Below, piece after piece: positions 7,058 through 10,514 of a stretch of 10,514 nt of DNA. The position numbers and the translations under genes are program-made. The DNA comes from a virus (Duplodnaviria; Heunggongvirae; Uroviricota; Caudoviricetes): IMG/VR virus record IMGVR_UViG_2645727991_000017. One strand, written 5' to 3'. Each line of letters starts with the position of its first letter. The first letter of the stretch is position 1. The notes beneath the pieces are model-generated. The model worked only from the letters and a program-made list of their open reading frames with translations. It was not told the origin of the DNA and did not search any database.

Positions 7058-8122
7058 TTAAGTTGATTCCAGACTTCCTTTGGTAAATGCTTGTATCAGT
7101 CTGTTTGCTGCTGCTTTCTGCGCTGCCACATTGGCAATAACAGATAGTTTTTCCTGGCTGGCTTTCGTGCAGATCCCCGCCCAGTTATCCATCAGAAAAA
7201 AATCCTCTCTTTCTGCAGAGCTGGTAGTTGCACATAGTTTTTCGATCATAGAAGTTATTTCTGCGATGGAATGATTAACCATCATCTGTTGAACCGCAAA
7301 ACCGAAAGCGTTAATCATTACTCCATGGAACTGAATATAATCGCGCTTGTACGTAGCGTGGTGTACACCATGTCGGATTGAGTCAATCTGAGTTAGTGTA
7401 ATCCATGCCTCCCAGACAGATTCTATATATCCCATTTCAAGTTGTTGATTGCCGTTCCTGGCGAACTTTGACGTTGCATCAGTGAGTGCCTTGAAACTCA
7501 CCCACATATTACTTTTTAATGGCACTACGTTGTGTTCAAAATCGGTTATATCGGCAAATACAGTATGTTGGGTCAGGAAGGATATCATTCCCTGAGCAAT
7601 ATCATCCCGGCCGTTATACGCCATATTGATGGTCGCTGATGGCTTAGAAACGTTGTTATTTATGTCCGAAAAGAACTGCTGCCGGGTTTTTAGCGGCAGA
7701 TTCATTGTAAGCATCATGGGAACCATGAGCGTTGATGGGGAACTTCGGCAAAATATCTCAATGCCAGCTGCACGATGTTGACCATCAAAAAGTTTTATTT
7801 CGGCGTCGAGGGGAATTCTGGCTATACCAACATTTGTGTTGCCAAACGGTACAAATTCTATATTCGAATCACAGTTACCTACGAGAGGGGGAATGATAAA
7901 AGGCTCATTTCTTGAGTCTGCGTTAGTGAGATAATTTAAAAATTTTCGTACTCGATTTGGATTAATTTCTCGCTGAGAGCGTTCCAGTGTATGGCCGTAA
8001 TTATCTGAAGCGAGGAAACGAGCCAGCGATCTTCCTGGTATGGTAAGGAAGAGTGTAACAGTACCACCCTGTACACCTTGCGATGCCGGAAATTCGAATG
8101 AATGATTACCAACCTGACTCAT
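7058..8122 (-). CDS. DGQHR-domain protein, DndB-like (ParB/Srx superfamily), 354 aa; solitary, no dnd/dpd partners in the window
   Basis: Exact DGQHR motif in context AEIKLFDGQHRAAGIEIF; upstream segment ERSQREINPNRVRKFLNYL resembles the QRxL..RV..I..Y segment of DndB/DGQHR proteins as recalled; N-terminal FEFPASQGVQGG; perfect SD AGGAGG 4 nt before the ATG at 8122; terminator downstream. Confidence 0.65.
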   Translation of the reverse strand: MSQVGNHSFEFPASQGVQGGTVTLFLTIPGRSLARFLASDNYGHTLERSQREINPNRVRKFLNYLTNADSRNEPFIIPPLVGNCDSNIEFVPFGNTNVGIARIPLDAEIKLFDGQHRAAGIEIFCRSSPSTLMVPMMLTMNLPLKTRQQFFSDINNNVSKPSATINMAYNGRDDIAQGMISFLTQHTVFADITDFEHNVVPLKSNMWVSFKALTDATSKFARNGNQQLEMGYIESVWEAWITLTQIDSIRHGVHHATYKRDYIQFHGVMINAFGFAVQQMMVNHSIAEITSMIEKLCATTSSAEREDFFLMDNWAGICTKASQEKLSVIANVAAQKAAANRLIQAFTKGSLEST

Positions 8123-8273
8123 ATATCCTCCTGTTTATTATTTATCTTCTCAGCCAGCCGCTGTGCTTTCAGTGGATTTCTGATAACAGAAAGGCCGGGA
8201 AATACCCAGCCTCGCTTTGTAATGGAGTAGACGAAAGTGATCGCGCCTACCCGGATATTATCGTGAGGATGCG

Positions 8274-8954
8274 TCATCGCCATTGCTCCCCAAATACAAA
8301 ACCAATTTCAGCCAGTGCCTCGTCCATTTTTTCGATGAACTCCGGCACCATCTCGTCAAAACTCGCCATGTACTTTTCATTCCGCTCAATCACGACATAA
8401 TGCAGGCCTTCACGCTTCATGCGCGGGTCATAGTTGGCAAAGTACCAGGCATCTTTTCGCGTCACCCACATGCTGTACTGCACCTGGGCCATGTAAGCCG
8501 ATTTTATTGCCTCGAAACCACCGAGCCGGAATTTCATGAAATCCCGGGAGGTAAACGGGCATTTCAGTTCAAGGCCGTTGCCGTCACTGCATAAACCATC
8601 GGGAGAGCAGGCGGTGCGCATACTTTCGTCGCGATAGATGATCGGGGATTCAGTAATATTCACGCCGGAAGTGAATTCAAACAGGGTTCTGGCGTCGTTC
8701 TCGTACTGTTTTCCCCAGGCCAGCGCCTTAGCATTAACTTCCGGAGCCACACCGGTGCAAACCTCAGCCAGCAGGGTGTGGAAGTAGGACATTTTCATGT
8801 CAGGCCACTTCTTTCCTGAGCGGGGCTTTGCTATCACGTTGTGAACTTCTGAAGCGGTGATGACGCCGAGCCGTAATTTGTGCCATGCATCATCCCCCTG
8901 TTCGACAGCTCTCACGTCGATCCCGGTACGCTGCAGGATAATGTCCGGTATCAT
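8274..8954 (-). CDS. exo: Lambda-type 5'-3' exonuclease (Red alpha), 226 aa
   Basis: Translation [65 protein letters not shown]...GEQWR is near-identical to lambda Exo as recalled; start overlaps the bet stop (ATGA). Confidence 0.95.
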   Translation of the reverse strand: MIPDIILQRTGIDVRAVEQGDDAWHKLRLGVITASEVHNVIAKPRSGKKWPDMKMSYFHTLLAEVCTGVAPEVNAKALAWGKQYENDARTLFEFTSGVNITESPIIYRDESMRTACSPDGLCSDGNGLELKCPFTSRDFMKFRLGGFEAIKSAYMAQVQYSMWVTRKDAWYFANYDPRMKREGLHYVVIERNEKYMASFDEMVPEFIEKMDEALAEIGFVFGEQWR

Positions 8955-9736
8955 GCTGCCACCTTCTGCTCAGTGGCTTTCTGTTTCAGGAATCCAAGAG
9001 CTTTCACTGCTTCGGCCTGTGTCAGTTCTGACGATGCGCGAATGTCGCGGCGAAATATCTGGGAACAGAGCGGCAATAAGTCGTCATCCCATGTTTTATC
9101 CAGGGCGATCAGCAGAGTGTTAATCTCCTGCATGGTTTCATCGTTAACCGGAGTGATGTCGCGTTCTGGCTGACGTTCTGCAGTGTATGCAGTATTTTCG
9201 ACAATGCGCTCGGCTTCATCCTTGTCATAGATACCAGCAAATCCGAAGGCCAGACGGGCACACTGAATCATGGCTTTATGCCGTAACATCCGTTTGGGAT
9301 GCGACTGCCACGGCCCCGTGATTTCTCTGCCTTCGCGGGTTTTGAATGGTTCGCGGCGGCATTCATCCATCCATTCGGTAACGCAGATCGGATGATTACG
9401 GTCCTTGCGGTAAATCCGGCATGTACAGGATTCATTGTCCTGCTCAAAGTCCATGCCATCAAACTGCTGGTTTTCATTGATGATGCGGGACCAGCCATCA
9501 ACGCCCACCACCGGAACAATGCCGTTCTGCTTATCAGGGAAGGCGTAAATTTCTTTCGTCCACGGATTAAGGCCGTACTGGTTGGCGACGATCAACAATG
9601 CGATGAACTGCGCATCGCTGGCATCACCTTTAAATGCCGTCTGGCGAAGAGTGGTGATCAGTTCCTGTGGGTCGACAGAATCCATGCCGACACGTTCAGC
9701 CAGCTTCCCTGCCAGCGTTGCGAGTGCTGTACTCAT
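8951..9736 (-). CDS. bet: Lambda-type single-strand annealing protein Bet (Red beta), 261 aa
   Basis: Translation [66 protein letters not shown]... matches lambda Bet as recalled; same length. Confidence 0.95.
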   Translation of the reverse strand: MSTALATLAGKLAERVGMDSVDPQELITTLRQTAFKGDASDAQFIALLIVANQYGLNPWTKEIYAFPDKQNGIVPVVGVDGWSRIINENQQFDGMDFEQDNESCTCRIYRKDRNHPICVTEWMDECRREPFKTREGREITGPWQSHPKRMLRHKAMIQCARLAFGFAGIYDKDEAERIVENTAYTAERQPERDITPVNDETMQEINTLLIALDKTWDDDLLPLCSQIFRRDIRASSELTQAEAVKALGFLKQKATEQKVAA

Positions 9737-9741
9737 CCGTT

Positions 9742-10038
9742 TTATACCTCTGAATCAATATCAACCTGGTGGCGGGCAATAGTTTCAACCATGTACCGGA
9801 TGTGTTCTGCCATGCGTTCCTGAAACTCAACATCGTCATCAAACGCACGGGTAATGGCTTTTTTGCTGGCCCCGCAGCGTTGCAAATGATCGATGCATAG
9901 CGATTCAAACAGGTGCTGGGGCAGGCCTTTTTCCATGTCGTCTGCCAGTTCTGCCTCTTTCTCTTCACGGGCGATCTGCTGGTAGTGACACGCCCAGCTC
10001 TGAGCCTCAAGACGATCCTGAATGTAATAAGCGTTCAT
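9742..10038 (-). CDS. gam: Gam (RecBCD inhibitor), 98-aa short form
   Basis: Translation [98 protein letters not shown] is near-identical to lambda GamS as recalled; an in-frame stop 18 codons upstream (10093-10095) and no upstream ATG exclude a GamL-type extension. Confidence 0.9.
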   Translation of the reverse strand: MNAYYIQDRLEAQSWACHYQQIAREEKEAELADDMEKGLPQHLFESLCIDHLQRCGASKKAITRAFDDDVEFQERMAEHIRYMVETIARHQVDIDSEV

Positions 10039-10113
10039 GGCTGAACTCCTGAAAATGGCTGTGAAAATATCGCCCGCGAAATGCCAGGCTGATTAGGAAA
10101 ACAGGAAAGGGGA

Positions 10114-10320
10114 TTAGTGATTCAGGCCGTTACCGCGTCCGTCGAGAAAAACTTCCACGAGCAAATCACGGGTATAAGTGCGCTCGATGCCGCGATGCAG
10201 ATATAGCCGTCCGCGTAAATTAGCTGATGCAGTCCAGGTACCATCTTTGTGTTTGACCAGCATTCCTGGCATGACCGCACCGCGATTAACGGTCTGCGTT
10301 CCGTGATGTTGATGAACCAT
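10114..10320 (-). CDS. Small hypothetical protein in the lambda kil position (68 aa from the best start; the ORF extends to 10431)
   Basis: ORF 10114..10431; internal ATG at 10320 has a strong SD (AGGAG, 5-nt spacer); lies immediately upstream of gam in pL-operon order where lambda encodes Kil. No sequence similarity to lambda Kil could be confirmed from memory. Confidence 0.35.
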   Translation of the reverse strand: MVHQHHGTQTVNRGAVMPGMLVKHKDGTWTASANLRGRLYLHRGIERTYTRDLLVEVFLDGRGNGLNH

Positions 10321-10514
10321 AAAAACTCCTGCCCGTAAGCTGGGCTGCTGAACATATAAAGACTTCTGCGCGTATTCAGGCGGTGGATGGCCGCCGGTTG
10401 TCATAACTAAGCCGCCTCTATTAGACGTCAACTAGTTTTGCCGACTCGCGCCAACTATACTGGCCGCACCCTTCAGTGCGACATCAAGTCGCGCTTGTTA
10501 CTGCCTTCGCTGTC

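Larger units (their letters stand above)
4718..10514. mobile_element. Left (int-proximal) arm of a lambdoid, DLP12-like prophage integrated at argU; continues beyond the window end
   Basis: Integrase stops 15 nt after the tRNA 3' end; lambda-order module int-xis-accessory genes-exo-bet-gam-kil position, all on the - strand. The exact att core was not determined. Confidence 0.85.

Noticed and set aside
9299-9823. 174-codon + strand ORF, with further + strand ORFs at 9582..9782, 8857..9123, 8880..9173, 8283..8594, 8083..8400 and 7080..7274
   Set aside because: All are antisense to well-supported minus-strand genes (bet, exo, the DGQHR gene) and have no recognisable motifs or ribosome-binding sites; treated as shadow ORFs.
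10122-10355. Alternative-frame 77-codon minus-strand ORF overlapping the kil-position ORF
   Set aside because: No SD upstream of its ATG, whereas the competing frame has a strong SD at the 10320 start.
1-10514. CRISPR arrays, insertion-sequence inverted repeats, rRNA or additional tRNA genes
   Set aside because: No regularly spaced direct repeats, transposase-like ORFs or rRNA-like segments were seen by eye; cannot be fully excluded without computational repeat detection.

Overview
The window covers the 3' end of a chromosomal sfm-type chaperone-usher fimbrial operon, fimZ, the argU tRNA-Arg(UCU) gene, and the integrase-proximal arm of a lambdoid (DLP12-like) prophage inserted at argU. Chromosomal side: usher (sfmD-like, + strand, reading frame closed upstream at nt 36-81), FimH-like adhesin (sfmH), minor pilin (sfmF), convergent fimZ (- strand), then argU (+). 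Prophage side, all on the - strand in lambda pL-operon order: integrase, excisionase-family protein, a 92-aa hypothetical, an ASCH-domain protein, a TraR/DksA-type zinc-finger protein, an intrinsic terminator, a 354-aa DGQHR/DndB-like protein, then Red exo, bet, short-form gam and a small kil-position ORF. The main candidate for something new is the solitary DGQHR/DndB-like gene: it has no dnd/dpd partner genes in the window, sits in the accessory slot between exo and xis, and has its own strong ribosome-binding site and a downstream terminator (moron-like). All homology calls are from reading the translations and recalled family motifs; no database search was run.
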